64,000 nucleotides of DNA from Patescibacteria group bacterium (GTDB taxonomy: Bacteria; Patescibacteriota; Minisyncoccia; JAHIHE01; JAGLIN01). The stretch lies in NCBI GenBank assembly GCA_041670805.1, contig JBAXYM010000001.1, positions 29,612 through 93,611 on the forward strand, in the 5' to 3' direction. This document shows, one piece after another, positions 39,349-49,360 of the stretch; positions within the stretch are counted from its first letter, which is position 1; every line of letters starts with the position of its first letter. The translations under genes and the position numbers were made by a program. The notes under the pieces were generated by a model, which saw only the letters and a program-made list of their open reading frames with translations, did no database searches and was not told the origin of the DNA.

Positions 39349-40272
39349 ATGACAAAATCCTTAATAACTGGTGGTGCGGGATTTGTTGGCTCGCACTTGG
39401 CCGATCGACTTTTGGCGGACGGAGACGAGGTGGCGGTGATTGACAATCTCTCCTCCGGCAACAGGGAAAATCTAGATAGCAGAGTCGGATTTTATGAGAT
39501 GGACATTCAGGATCCGAAGATAGTGGAAATCTTCGCAAAAGAAAAGCCTGATTTCGTGTTCCATTTGGCAGCTCAGATAGACGTGCGCAAATCAGTCGAG
39601 AACCCGATTGAAGATGCAAAGATAAATCTGCTGGGAACGTTCAACGTGCTGGACAGTGCCACCAAGAACGGCGCGAAGAAAGTCATTTTCGCTTCTTCCG
39701 GCGGTGCCGTCTACGGTGACACGGATATTTTTCCGACACCGGAGATTCGCTGCGAACAGCCTCTTTCTCCTTACGGCATCCATAAGCTGGCGGCGGAAAA
39801 AACCCTTTTCTTTTACAAAAAAGTGAAAGGATTGGATTATACCATTTTGCGCATGTCCAACATTTACGGTCCGCGGCAGAGCGTAAAAGGAGAAGCGGGG
39901 GTAATCGCGATTTTTATCAACAAAATGCTAAAAGGGGAGCAGCCATATATAACCGGAGACGGTAATCAGACAAGAGACTATGTCTTCGTCAAAGACGTGA
40001 CACAGGCGCTTGCCCTCGCCAAGAATGCAACCAAGTCCGATAAATTCAATATCGGCACCGGAGTTGAAACCAGCGTTAATGAGATTTTCGAAAGACTTGC
40101 CATGGACATGAATCTTGATATAACAAAAATGTATCAAGATGCCAAACCCGGCGAACAAATGCGAAGCTGTCTGGAAGCCGCGAGAGCGAAATCCGAACTT
40201 GGCTGGCTGCCGGAATATAACATTGATCGCGGAGTTCGGGAGACCGTACAATGGTTCAAGGATAACGAATAA
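39349..40272 (+). CDS. NAD-dependent epimerase (UDP-glucose 4-epimerase-like)
   Basis: TGGAGFVGSH, HLAAQ, SPYGIHK, NIYGPRQ. Confidence 0.92.
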   Translation: MTKSLITGGAGFVGSHLADRLLADGDEVAVIDNLSSGNRENLDSRVGFYEMDIQDPKIVEIFAKEKPDFVFHLAAQIDVRKSVENPIEDAKINLLGTFNVLDSATKNGAKKVIFASSGGAVYGDTDIFPTPEIRCEQPLSPYGIHKLAAEKTLFFYKKVKGLDYTILRMSNIYGPRQSVKGEAGVIAIFINKMLKGEQPYITGDGNQTRDYVFVKDVTQALALAKNATKSDKFNIGTGVETSVNEIFERLAMDMNLDITKMYQDAKPGEQMRSCLEAARAKSELGWLPEYNIDRGVRETVQWFKDNE

Positions 40273-40302
40273 TTTTTCATAATCATAATAAGCGAAAGTC
40301 GT

Positions 40303-41601
40303 ATGAAAATAAAAAACGTACAGCTAAGAGAAGAAGGGCAATTCGTCTCTCTAACGGCAGATTGTAAGATCAGGCATATCGGCACGGATCGGATATATTT
40401 TAAATTTGAAAAAAAGTACCGAAATTTTATCGCAACCGATGCCAGCCCCTTTGCCGCAGCACTGTTTATCCCTTCTATGAAAATGGGGCAGGATCTTATT
40501 ATTGAAGGCAGTATATCGCAAAAATTGCAAGATGGAATGCAGGAAATTATGAAAAAGATGATATCTTGGAATCTGGGATTGAAGCCGATTTCCATCGTCG
40601 CCTCGGAAGTCAAACCGGATGAGACGACGACGGGCGACGATGCATCTTTCTTTTCGGGAGGAGTGGACTCTTTTTATACCTATCTCAAGCGCAAAGATCA
40701 GACGGAAAAAATCGATTATTTGATTTTGGCCAATGGATTTGACATTAGTCTGAATAATCCCGACCTTTGGAGACAAACCTGCAAGACAGTGGATGAGATT
40801 GTCCGGAATGAGGATGTGGAAGTCATTAAAGTTGAAAGCAATATACGAGAACTCATAGAGCCGGTGATGGTGTGGGAGTATACCCATGGCGGGTGTCTGG
40901 CGGCGCTGGGGCTTGCTCTGCGCAATAATCTTAAAAATGTTTATATTCCGTCATCTCTTGCCATCGGACAGCTTATGCCTTACGGTTCGCATCCCGACTT
41001 GGATCCGCTTTGGAGCACGGAAGGTTTGTCCTTTATCCATGATGACGCGGAAGTCAAAAGAATTGACAAGGTAAAATATATCGCCCAAATCCCGCTTGCG
41101 CTCAAGCATTTGCGCGTCTGCTACATCAACGCCCAAGGCAAATTCAATTGTGGTGTCTGTGACAAGTGTCTGCGCACGATGATGAGCTTGCGCATTGCCG
41201 GTAAGTTGGAAGAGGCGGAAACTTTTCCGCATAGCATCGACTTGGAGCTTATCAAAAAAATAACCGTGAGCGAAAAGCAGAACGCCGTCATGCATGAAGA
41301 AAATTTGGAAGAGTTGGAAAGACTGGGCATTGATCCGGAATTGCAGAAAGCTATCCGTAATGTACTGAAAGATTTTTATTTCCCCAGATTCAGTTTAAAG
41401 AAAGCGGCTAAAAAGATGCGCCACTTCATCATAGAAGCTCTCAATCAAATTATGCTGATAGACTTCTTTTATAACCAAAGCAGGCTGCACAAGAAGAAGG
41501 TGCGCTGGCAAAAGAAATCGCAAAAGACTATCCAAAATATTTCGAGATACCTAAAGGCGGAGAGAAACAAAGGGAATATCTTTTTAAAAAGAATGCTTTG
41601 A
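40303..41601 (+). CDS. Uncharacterised PP-loop-like protein with C-terminal Cys cluster
   Basis: FFSGGVDSFY; LRVCY...NCGVCDKCLRT. Confidence 0.6.
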   Translation: MKIKNVQLREEGQFVSLTADCKIRHIGTDRIYFKFEKKYRNFIATDASPFAAALFIPSMKMGQDLIIEGSISQKLQDGMQEIMKKMISWNLGLKPISIVASEVKPDETTTGDDASFFSGGVDSFYTYLKRKDQTEKIDYLILANGFDISLNNPDLWRQTCKTVDEIVRNEDVEVIKVESNIRELIEPVMVWEYTHGGCLAALGLALRNNLKNVYIPSSLAIGQLMPYGSHPDLDPLWSTEGLSFIHDDAEVKRIDKVKYIAQIPLALKHLRVCYINAQGKFNCGVCDKCLRTMMSLRIAGKLEEAETFPHSIDLELIKKITVSEKQNAVMHEENLEELERLGIDPELQKAIRNVLKDFYFPRFSLKKAAKKMRHFIIEALNQIMLIDFFYNQSRLHKKKVRWQKKSQKTIQNISRYLKAERNKGNIFLKRML

Positions 41602-41688
41602 AACGGAAGAAACAGCTTTAATATAAAGCTGTTCTTGCTGTTATCGGATTAATAGTATATCCTGTAAATATAAGTATAAAAACATAGA

Positions 41689-42408
41689 ATGGAATATCCG
41701 ATACGCATCAATAAATATCTGGCAGAAAAAGGGGTTTGCAGCCGCCGAGAGGGGGACAAGCTGGTTGAAGAAGGCAAGGTGACGGTGAATGGCAAAAAGG
41801 TCAAACTGGGCGAGATGGTCAACGAAAACGATAAAGTGGACGTGGTAAGCGACCTGAAAGAACTTGTTTATATCGCTTACAACAAGCCTGCCGGCATCGT
41901 AACCAATTGTCCGCAAAAAGGCGAAAAGGAGATCAAGGACATTTTGAATCTCGATTTTGAATATTTTCCCGTGGGAAGACTCGATAAACATTCACGCGGA
42001 CTTCTTCTGCTTTCCAATGACGGCCGCATAACCGACCGGCTTTTGAATCCGCGCAATTATCACGAGAAAGAATACGAAGTCGAAGTCAATCGCGAATTGC
42101 AAGAAAACGATCTGCGCCAACTCCGTCAAGGCATCACGCTGGACGGCGGCTTCATCACAAAACCTTGCGAGATCAAAGTGATTAACGACCGCGTATTTTC
42201 AATTATCCTCACCGAAGGCAAGAACCGCCAAATCCGCCGCATGTGCCTTGCGCTCGGATATGAGGTGATAGATTTAAATCGAGTGCGCATAATGAACATT
42301 CGTTTGGAAAATATGCCGGAGGGACATTACAAGAAACTGTCGGGAGAGGCCTTGGAGGAATTATTGGAGGAGTTGGGATTAAGTAGCGACAGAAATCAAG
42401 AATCGTAA
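41689..42408 (+). CDS. rRNA pseudouridine synthase, RsuA/RluB/RluF family
   Basis: RINKYLA..G.CSRR, GRLD, EGKNRQIRRM. Confidence 0.93.
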   Translation: MEYPIRINKYLAEKGVCSRREGDKLVEEGKVTVNGKKVKLGEMVNENDKVDVVSDLKELVYIAYNKPAGIVTNCPQKGEKEIKDILNLDFEYFPVGRLDKHSRGLLLLSNDGRITDRLLNPRNYHEKEYEVEVNRELQENDLRQLRQGITLDGGFITKPCEIKVINDRVFSIILTEGKNRQIRRMCLALGYEVIDLNRVRIMNIRLENMPEGHYKKLSGEALEELLEELGLSSDRNQES

Positions 42409-42433
42409 CCAAATTCTATTATATTCAAATATT

Positions 42434-42718
42434 TTGGGAAAAATAAACAAATACCATCAATCAATCGAAGCTGAAATCGACCTTCATCAGATGACCAAAG
42501 ATGAGGCGCGGCAAGAGGTCGATGCTTTTTTGGAAGAAGCGGAAGCTTTGGGATACAAAAAAATCCGGATCATTACCGGCAAAGGATTGCATTCTGAAAG
42601 CGGATTGGGGGTTTTGAGCGCTTGCATTAAAGAAATACTGAACGGGAGAGGATACAAATATTGTAATGCCAAATATAACGAAGGCGGCGAAGGAGCGATT
42701 GATGTCTCGCTGGGGTAA
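42434..42718 (+). CDS. Stand-alone Smr domain protein
   Basis: EIDLHQMT, IITGKGLHS, GGEGA. Confidence 0.85.
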   Translation: MGKINKYHQSIEAEIDLHQMTKDEARQEVDAFLEEAEALGYKKIRIITGKGLHSESGLGVLSACIKEILNGRGYKYCNAKYNEGGEGAIDVSLG

Positions 42719-42739
42719 AAGGTCGCGGACATTCCGATG

Positions 42740-42878
42740 TTTGTATTTTTGAATTATGAATTATGGCTTATACGGATCACACCAGAAATGGTGTGAACAA
42801 TGCGGGATAAAACGTTCTTGCGTAGCATTTCACACCATTTCTGGTGTGATCCGGAAACAAGACTATATCTCTGATTAA
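42740..42878. repeat. Family B doublet with flanks
   Basis: GGATCACACCAGAAATGGTGTGAA...TTCACACCATTTCTGGTGTGATCC. Confidence 0.9.
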
Positions 42879-42970
42879 CACGAATATATAAATTTACAAA
42901 GAATTGATTTTACCCGCCGTTTGCTATATCATAAAATTCAAAGTCAATATAATTTTTTAAAATATAAGAA

Positions 42971-43711
42971 ATGAATACTCTAGGTTGGATACTGATTAGC
43001 ACTTTTTCAGTGAGTCTTATTTCCTTTGTCGGAGTTCTCACTTTGTTTATGAAGGAGACGTTCCTGCAAAGGATAACTCTGCCTCTTGTTTCGATGTCTG
43101 CCGGAGCGCTTTTGGGGGGCGCGTTGCTGGACATGATACCGGAGGCGGTGGAGGTTATAGGAAATACGGAAGTGCTTTGGATTTGGGTGCTGATCGGCTT
43201 TGCGATGTTCTTTTTGCTTGAGCAATTCATTCATTGGCATCATTGTCACAAGTCTCCCAGCGAGCACAAAAAAGAGCCTGTCACTTATCTCGTTTTGGCT
43301 GCGGACGGACTGCATAATTTTATAGACGGGCTTGCCATCGCCGGTTCTTTTTTGGTAAGTACTCACGTGGGGATAGTAGCTTGGTTTGCCTGTACCGCCC
43401 ATGAAATTCCGCAGGAATTCGGAGATTTTGGAGTCCTGATCCACGGCGGCTGGAAAAAAAGCAAGGCTCTTTGGTTTAATTTCTTCTCGGGACTTACGAT
43501 GGTCCTGGGCGGTATTATCGCATATTATTTTTCCGCCAGCTATGATGTCAGTTTTCTATTGCCCTTCGCCGCAGGAAATTTCATCTACATCGCCGCCTCC
43601 GATCTCATTCCCGAAGTGAAGCACTCGGAGAAAATCAAAACCAATCTTATTCATTTTGCATCTTTTCTTCTGGGGATAACGATTATTTACATAGTCGGAA
43701 TGTTTGAATAG
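42971..43711 (+). CDS. ZIP family metal transporter
   Basis: HWHHCH, DGLHNFIDG, HEIPQEFGD. Confidence 0.93.
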   Translation: MNTLGWILISTFSVSLISFVGVLTLFMKETFLQRITLPLVSMSAGALLGGALLDMIPEAVEVIGNTEVLWIWVLIGFAMFFLLEQFIHWHHCHKSPSEHKKEPVTYLVLAADGLHNFIDGLAIAGSFLVSTHVGIVAWFACTAHEIPQEFGDFGVLIHGGWKKSKALWFNFFSGLTMVLGGIIAYYFSASYDVSFLLPFAAGNFIYIAASDLIPEVKHSEKIKTNLIHFASFLLGITIIYIVGMFE

Positions 43712-43720
43712 TTTTATTTT

Positions 43721-44105
43721 TAGAACTTACGCGTTTAGCTTGTTGTTGTGAGAAGTCACACTTGTTAAAAGAAACAATCAATATTTGTCGAAAGATAAAA
43801 TCAATTTTTATTTGTCATTCCAGAATTTCGGTACTCCGAAATATCCGGAATCCCGTAACTATGCAAGGCAAGCATTGTATTTCATTTCCACCGGCTTAGC
43901 AACGGGATCCCAGATATTTGCTGCGCAAATTCCGGGATGACAGCTTTTAGTCGGCACAGCTTCGTGCATTTCCCAGATCTCTCAGTCGAGTACTCCTTCG
44001 AGATGACAAAAAATAGGGTTAGTCAAGCTCCGGTATCGGGATTGCCGCGTCGCCCGGAATACCGGCTTCTCGCAATGACAAACAGTATCAATCGCGTAAG
44101 TCCTA
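43721..44105. mobile_element. MITE-like shell with several nested palindrome families
   Basis: TAGAACTTACGCG ... CGCGTAAGTCCTA termini; inside a family A pair, a TCGAGATGAC half and a GATTGCCGCGTCG...CTCGCAATGAC half. Confidence 0.75.
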
Positions 44106-44110
44106 ATTTT

Positions 44111-45442
44111 ATGAAAAAAGAAAAAGTCGATTTAATTTTATATGGCGGCACGGTTCTTACTGTCGACCGGGAAGACCGCGCCATTGAGGATGGCGCAGTC
44201 GCAGTTGCGGATGGCAAGATAGCGGCAATCGGTTCCGCGCGAGAAATCGCCGGCAGTTTTTTTGCGCCTGAAAAAATTGACGCCAAAGGAGATATTATTA
44301 TGCCGGGACTGATAAATACCCACACGCATTTGGCGATGAGCATTTTTCGCGGTGTTGCCGACGATGCGATATTGGGCGAGTGGCTGAGTGAATATATTTT
44401 TCCGCTGGAGGATAAATTCGTAAATAAAGATTCCGCCTATTGGGGGAGTCTGCTTGCTTGCGCGGAAATGATTCTTTCCGGCACCACCGCTTTTTGTGAT
44501 ATGTATTTTTTCGAAAAAGAAACCGGACGGGCGGCGGAAAAAATCGGCATGCGCGGCGTCATCGGCGAAGGGATTGCCACCGTGGCAAATAAGGATAAAG
44601 AAATTTGGAAAAAGAAAAGGACGCTTTCCTTGGAACTTATGAAGAAATTTAAAAATTCAAATTTAATTTCCGTAGGAATTAAACCGCACAGCCCATATGC
44701 CTGCACTCCCCATGTATTGAAAGAAGCCAAGGGATTTGCCGAAGAAAATAATCTTCTTTATGTTATCCATCTCGCAGAAACCAAAAAAGAATATACGGAT
44801 TTTATGAAAAATAAGAAAATGACGCCGGTGCAATATCTGGATTGGTTGGGAGTTTTGAACGAGAATACTTTAACCGCCCACGCCGTCTGGATGGGCAAAA
44901 ACGATTTCGAGATTTTGCGAGATAGGCGGGTGAAAATTTCCCACTGTCCGCAAAGCAATATGAAACTGGGTTCGGGCATCGCGCCGATTGCGAAAATGCT
45001 GAGAAATAATATTACCGTGAGTCTCGGAACTGACGGCGCGGCAAGCAATAATGCGCTGGATATGTTTTGCGAAATGAAAAACGCGGCGCTCCTGGCAAAA
45101 GTGGCCGCTTTGGATGCAAGCGCTCTTTCCGCCAAAGAGACAGTCCGCATGGCAACGATTGAGGGAGCCAAAGCTCTTGGCAAAGAAGACGAGATCGGCA
45201 GTCTGGAAACGGGCAAAAAGGCCGATATAATCATCATAAATAAAAACCGGCCGCACCTCACGCCGATTTACGATTATTATTCCCATCTGGCCTATTGCGC
45301 AATCGGTTCTGATATCAGCGATAGCATAATCGATGGAAAAGTAGTTATGCGCAAGAGAAAAATCCAAAATATTGATATCGATGAGGTCATGGAAAAGATA
45401 AATACGATTTCATCGTACGTGAAGAAAACTATAAAAGTATAA
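44111..45442 (+). CDS. MTA/SAH deaminase-like amidohydrolase
   Basis: PGLINTHTH, HSPY, IHLAET, HCPQSNMKL, GTDGAASNN; start moved to ATG 44111. Confidence 0.88.
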   Translation: MKKEKVDLILYGGTVLTVDREDRAIEDGAVAVADGKIAAIGSAREIAGSFFAPEKIDAKGDIIMPGLINTHTHLAMSIFRGVADDAILGEWLSEYIFPLEDKFVNKDSAYWGSLLACAEMILSGTTAFCDMYFFEKETGRAAEKIGMRGVIGEGIATVANKDKEIWKKKRTLSLELMKKFKNSNLISVGIKPHSPYACTPHVLKEAKGFAEENNLLYVIHLAETKKEYTDFMKNKKMTPVQYLDWLGVLNENTLTAHAVWMGKNDFEILRDRRVKISHCPQSNMKLGSGIAPIAKMLRNNITVSLGTDGAASNNALDMFCEMKNAALLAKVAALDASALSAKETVRMATIEGAKALGKEDEIGSLETGKKADIIIINKNRPHLTPIYDYYSHLAYCAIGSDISDSIIDGKVVMRKRKIQNIDIDEVMEKINTISSYVKKTIKV

Positions 45443-45464
45443 TTTGTCGGTCGCCTATTTTTGC

Positions 45465-45680
45465 TTTCGGACCACACCAGAAATGGTGTGAAATGCTACG
45501 CAAAAACGTTTTATCCCGCGTGGTTCACACCATTTCTGGTGTGATCCGAAATCCATAATTCATAATGCAAAATACGCCCGTAAAAATGAAATACAATGAT
45601 TGTCTTGCATAGCTACGGGATTCCGGATATTTCGGAGTACCGAAATTCCGGAATGACAAATAAAAATTGATTTCACCTTC
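45465..45680. repeat. Composite B+A repeat (reverse orientation)
   Basis: Reverse complement of the 25283-25511 type. Confidence 0.9.
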
Positions 45681-45734
45681 TGAGCACAAGCCTTTACAAA
45701 CTTTTTTTATTATACTATATTAAATAGGTATTTC

Positions 45735-45816
45735 GGGTAGGTTCCGGAGCGGTCAAACGGGACTGGCTGTAAACCAGTTGGCTCTGCCTTCGGGGGTTCG
45801 AATCCCTCCCTGCCCA
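45735..45816 (+). tRNA. tRNA-Tyr(GTA)
   Basis: GGGTAGG...CCTGCCC-A; loop CT-GTA-AA; long variable arm; GTTCGAATC. Confidence 0.95.
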
Positions 45817-46075
45817 CACAATGTAGAAAAATCATATTCGTATATGATTTTTTTAGCGAACCAAAACACACTCTATGGCGAGAGGGATGAGAAGTTTATA
45901 CCCGGATGGGTAAATCCCTCCCTGCCCACCAAGGATTAACATTATGCAACGAATAGTTCCAACTGCAAAGCTTATGTGATTTTAAGCAAGAGGGATGAGA
46001 AGTTTATACCCGGATGGGTAAATCCCTCCCTGCCCACACAGTATAAAAAATCATATTCATATATGATTTTTTAGT
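45801..46075 (+). repeat. tRNA-Tyr 3'-end repeat array
   Basis: AATCCCTCCCTGCCCAC at 45801, 45913 and 46021; identical 49-bp unit at 45881-45929 and 45989-46037. Confidence 0.92.
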
Positions 46076-46091
46076 AAGCTAAACGCCTCCT

Positions 46092-46177
46092 TTGCATTCG
46101 GACCACACCAGAAATGGTGTGAATGTTACGCAAGAACGTTCTGTTCCGCGTGGTTCACATCATTTCTGATGTGGTCC
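46092..46177. repeat. Family B doublet
   Basis: GGACCACACCAGAAATGGTGTGAA...TTCACATCATTTCTGATGTGGTCC. Confidence 0.88.
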
Positions 46178-46266
46178 ACATTTTTATTTGCCTAAAAAAC
46201 ATTATTATATTATCATAATAGAGTTGACGTTCGCTTTGTTCAGACGTTTAATTGATCATAAAAATA

Positions 46267-46983
46267 ATGACAAATATAGCCAATATGCCCATACATGTAG
46301 CGATAATTCCGGACGGAAATCGCAGATGGGCGCAAAAAAATACCCTTGCCGCGTGGAGAGGGCACGAAAAAGGATCAGAGCTTTTGGAAAATCTAATAGA
46401 AGTATTCAGGGAGATGGAAATTCCTTACTTTTCTTTTTGGGGTTCGTCGCAGGATAACATAGCAAAAAGACCCAAAGAGGAAGTTGACCATCTGCTTGAG
46501 ATATTCAAAAAGGAATTCAAAAAACTCGCAACAAGCAGAGAGGTGCATGATAATGAAGTAAAAGTGAATATTTTCGGTTCATGGAAAGAGCAGTTTCCGG
46601 AAGATGTGAAAGCTTCAATGGAGGACGCCATCGAAAAAACCAAAAATTACGATAAGTATTTTTTCAATTTTTTCATAGCGTATAGCGGCATAGGCGAGGT
46701 GCTGTATGCCACCGGTCGCATCGCCGAGATGAAAAAACAAAATCCGAGCCTGACGATAGACGGAGAACTTTTTAAAAGTCAACTTCTTACTAAGGATTTG
46801 CCGCCGGTTGATCTTTTGATACGAACCGGGGGAGAACCGCACAATAGCGACGGTTTTATGATGTGGGATGTCGCCAATGCTCAACTGGTTTTTTCCGACA
46901 AGCTTTTTCCGGATTTTACTAAAGAGGATTTGAGGGAAGCGATTTTGGAGTACGCACGTCGCGAAAGAAGGCTGGGAAAATAA
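46267..46983 (+). CDS. uppS: Undecaprenyl/polyprenyl diphosphate synthase
   Basis: HVAIIPDGNRRWA, DLLIRTGGE, RERRLGK. Confidence 0.93.
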   Translation: MTNIANMPIHVAIIPDGNRRWAQKNTLAAWRGHEKGSELLENLIEVFREMEIPYFSFWGSSQDNIAKRPKEEVDHLLEIFKKEFKKLATSREVHDNEVKVNIFGSWKEQFPEDVKASMEDAIEKTKNYDKYFFNFFIAYSGIGEVLYATGRIAEMKKQNPSLTIDGELFKSQLLTKDLPPVDLLIRTGGEPHNSDGFMMWDVANAQLVFSDKLFPDFTKEDLREAILEYARRERRLGK

Positions 46984-47007
46984 TTCTCACACTTTAATTG
47001 CAAAATT

Positions 47008-47616
47008 ATGCAGCAGTTCATCCAAAACCTTATTGCGAACGGCAGTCTGAGGACACCGGAAATCATTCGTGCCTGGCACAAAATTGATCGTGCCGATTTT
47101 ATTCCGAATGACGTAAAAGAGCATGCCTATGAAAATGCGCCTCTTCCTATAGGTTTCGGACAGACTATTTCCCAACCGCAAGTTGTCGCTCTTATGCTGG
47201 AACTCTTGCAGCCCAAGCGGGGAGAGAAAATTTTGGACGTGGGATCGGGGTCGGGCTGGCAAAGCGCGCTGCTTGCCGAGATAGTGGGCGAAACGGGAGA
47301 GGTGACAGCCATCGAGAGGGTCCCGGAACTTTTTAATTTTGGAAAAAACAATCTGGCAAAATATCATTTTGGCAATGTCAAGGCGATCGCAGGCGACGGC
47401 ACTGCGCCGTTGCAACCGTTCAGTTATTACGATAAAATCATCGTAGCGGCGGCAGGAGACAGTGTGCCCGAAACGCTCAAGTCAGAACTGAAGGTCGGAG
47501 GAACCTTGGTAATGCCGGTCAAAAAAAGTATTTTCGTGTTCACAAAAATTGATGCCGAACATTTCTCAACGAAAGAGCTTCCGGGATTTATTTTCGTTCC
47601 GCTTATACGAGATTAA
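47008..47616 (+). CDS. pcm: Protein-L-isoaspartate O-methyltransferase
   Basis: GQTISQP, LDVGSGSGW, FVPL. Confidence 0.93.
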   Translation: MQQFIQNLIANGSLRTPEIIRAWHKIDRADFIPNDVKEHAYENAPLPIGFGQTISQPQVVALMLELLQPKRGEKILDVGSGSGWQSALLAEIVGETGEVTAIERVPELFNFGKNNLAKYHFGNVKAIAGDGTAPLQPFSYYDKIIVAAAGDSVPETLKSELKVGGTLVMPVKKSIFVFTKIDAEHFSTKELPGFIFVPLIRD

Positions 47617-47631
47617 ATTTTAAAAAAATCT

Positions 47632-48663
47632 ATGAATAAGAAAATTCTGCTCGCCGGAAAAATTTTTGTTTGCTTGCTTGTCGCAATCGCGTTTTTCTTT
47701 TTCATCTCGGTCAGCCGCGGCATAAAACGACCCGCCAACGCGAGCGATACGAGAGTGATTGCATTTGAAGTTAAACAGGGACAAGGAGTGCGAGCAATCG
47801 CCAAGAATTTGGAAGAGGCGGGTCTTGTCAGCGAAAGTGACTATTTCAATTTTTATCTTTGGCGAACCGGACTTGGCGGCAAACTGAAAGCAGGGAGTTA
47901 TGAATTTTCGCCGTCGATGACCATTGCGCAAATAGTGGAGGTCCTTACCGGAGGAGAGAGCGGACTCAAATCCAACGAGGCACAAGTCGTAATTCCGGAA
48001 GGATCCTCCAACGAGCAGATTTTTGAAAAGCTCAAGACTGCCGGAGCGATTTCGGGAGAAGATGATTTTGCGGATATTCAACTTGATTTTTCCAAATATA
48101 CCTTTCTTGCGGACAGACCGGAAGGAGCCGACTTGCAAGGATTTCTTTTTCCCGATACTTATAATTTTTTCAAAAATTCCTCGTTGGAAAAAGTAACGAC
48201 GGAGATGCTTGATAACTTCGACAAGAAATTGACCCCGGAAATGCGCGACGAGATCAAGCGGCAAAACAAGAGCGTTTATGAAGTTATAATTTTGGCAAGC
48301 ATCATTGAAAAAGAGGCGGGCAACAAAGAAGAGATGCCGATTATCGCCAGCGTTTTTTACAATCGTCTCGGGATAGGTCAGCCGTTACAGTCGGACGCGA
48401 CCGTAAACTATATTACCGGCGCCGGACGCGCTATGCCCACCAACGAAGACCTGGAAGCCGATTCGCCTTACAATACCTATAAACATCCGGGCTTAACACC
48501 CGCGCCGATTTGTAACCCGGGCATTGAAGCGATTAAGGCCGCCATATATCCGGCGAAAACCGATTATTTCTATTTTCTTACCACGCAGGACGGAGAACAA
48601 AAAACTTATTTCAGCAAAACCTACGAGGAACATCTTGCAAACAAGGCGAAGTATCTAAAATAA
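47632..48663 (+). CDS. mltG: Endolytic transglycosylase
   Basis: GFLFPDTY, ASIIEKE, LQSDATV, SPYNTY..PGL...PICNPG. Confidence 0.95.
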   Translation: MNKKILLAGKIFVCLLVAIAFFFFISVSRGIKRPANASDTRVIAFEVKQGQGVRAIAKNLEEAGLVSESDYFNFYLWRTGLGGKLKAGSYEFSPSMTIAQIVEVLTGGESGLKSNEAQVVIPEGSSNEQIFEKLKTAGAISGEDDFADIQLDFSKYTFLADRPEGADLQGFLFPDTYNFFKNSSLEKVTTEMLDNFDKKLTPEMRDEIKRQNKSVYEVIILASIIEKEAGNKEEMPIIASVFYNRLGIGQPLQSDATVNYITGAGRAMPTNEDLEADSPYNTYKHPGLTPAPICNPGIEAIKAAIYPAKTDYFYFLTTQDGEQKTYFSKTYEEHLANKAKYLK

Positions 48664-48674
48664 TTGATCGAATT

Positions 48675-48740
48675 GTAGAAGGGCATAACGTTTTGCGTCT
48701 TTTTCCAAAAGAAAGAGACGCGATAAATCGGCGTCTCTAC
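48675..48740. repeat. Degenerate GTAGAGACG-type REP doublet
   Basis: GTAGAAGGGCATAACGTTTTGCGTCT...AGAGACGCGATAAATCGGCGTCTCTAC. Confidence 0.6.
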
Positions 48741-48772
48741 GGTAAACCTATCAATCTCTTTAATTCAAAACT

Positions 48773-49306
48773 ATGCCAAGCAAAAAAATCTTAATGATCA
48801 TAGCTCGCAAGGATTTTCGCGATGAAGAATATTTTTTACCGCTCGAGATTTTTCGCAGAAACAAGATAGAAGTTACGACCGCCAGCTCCAAAACGGGAAT
48901 GATTATCGGCGTGTTGGGTGGAGAGGCGAAAGCTACCCTCAATACCAAAGAAGCGAAAATGGAAAATTTTGATGCGGTGGTTTTTGTGGGCGGAGACGGA
49001 GCACAGGAGTATTTTGAGAATAAAGAGGCGCATCGCATCGCGCGCGAGTTTAGTGATGCGGGAAAAATCACGGCGGCGATTTGCATCGCGCCGGTCATTT
49101 TGGCGAAAGCGGGAGTTTTGGAAGACAAGACTGCCGCTATATGGTCAAGCGCAATGGATAAGACCGGACCCAAAGCTTTAGTCCAAAACAAGTGCGCGGT
49201 TTCAAAAAAGGCCGTTGAAAAGTCAGGGAACATTATTACCGCCAACGGACGAGAGGCTGCGGAAGAATTTGCAAGAGTGATTGTTGAGGAACTAAATAAA
49301 AGTTAA
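48773..49306 (+). CDS. DJ-1/PfpI family protein
   Basis: FRDEE, FVGGDG, AAICIAP, IITANG. Confidence 0.9.
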   Translation: MPSKKILMIIARKDFRDEEYFLPLEIFRRNKIEVTTASSKTGMIIGVLGGEAKATLNTKEAKMENFDAVVFVGGDGAQEYFENKEAHRIAREFSDAGKITAAICIAPVILAKAGVLEDKTAAIWSSAMDKTGPKALVQNKCAVSKKAVEKSGNIITANGREAAEEFARVIVEELNKS

Positions 49307-49360
49307 TTTCGACCAAATCAGATAATAAAGACCAAGCAAGCAAATTTGTCGTTCTGGAAT

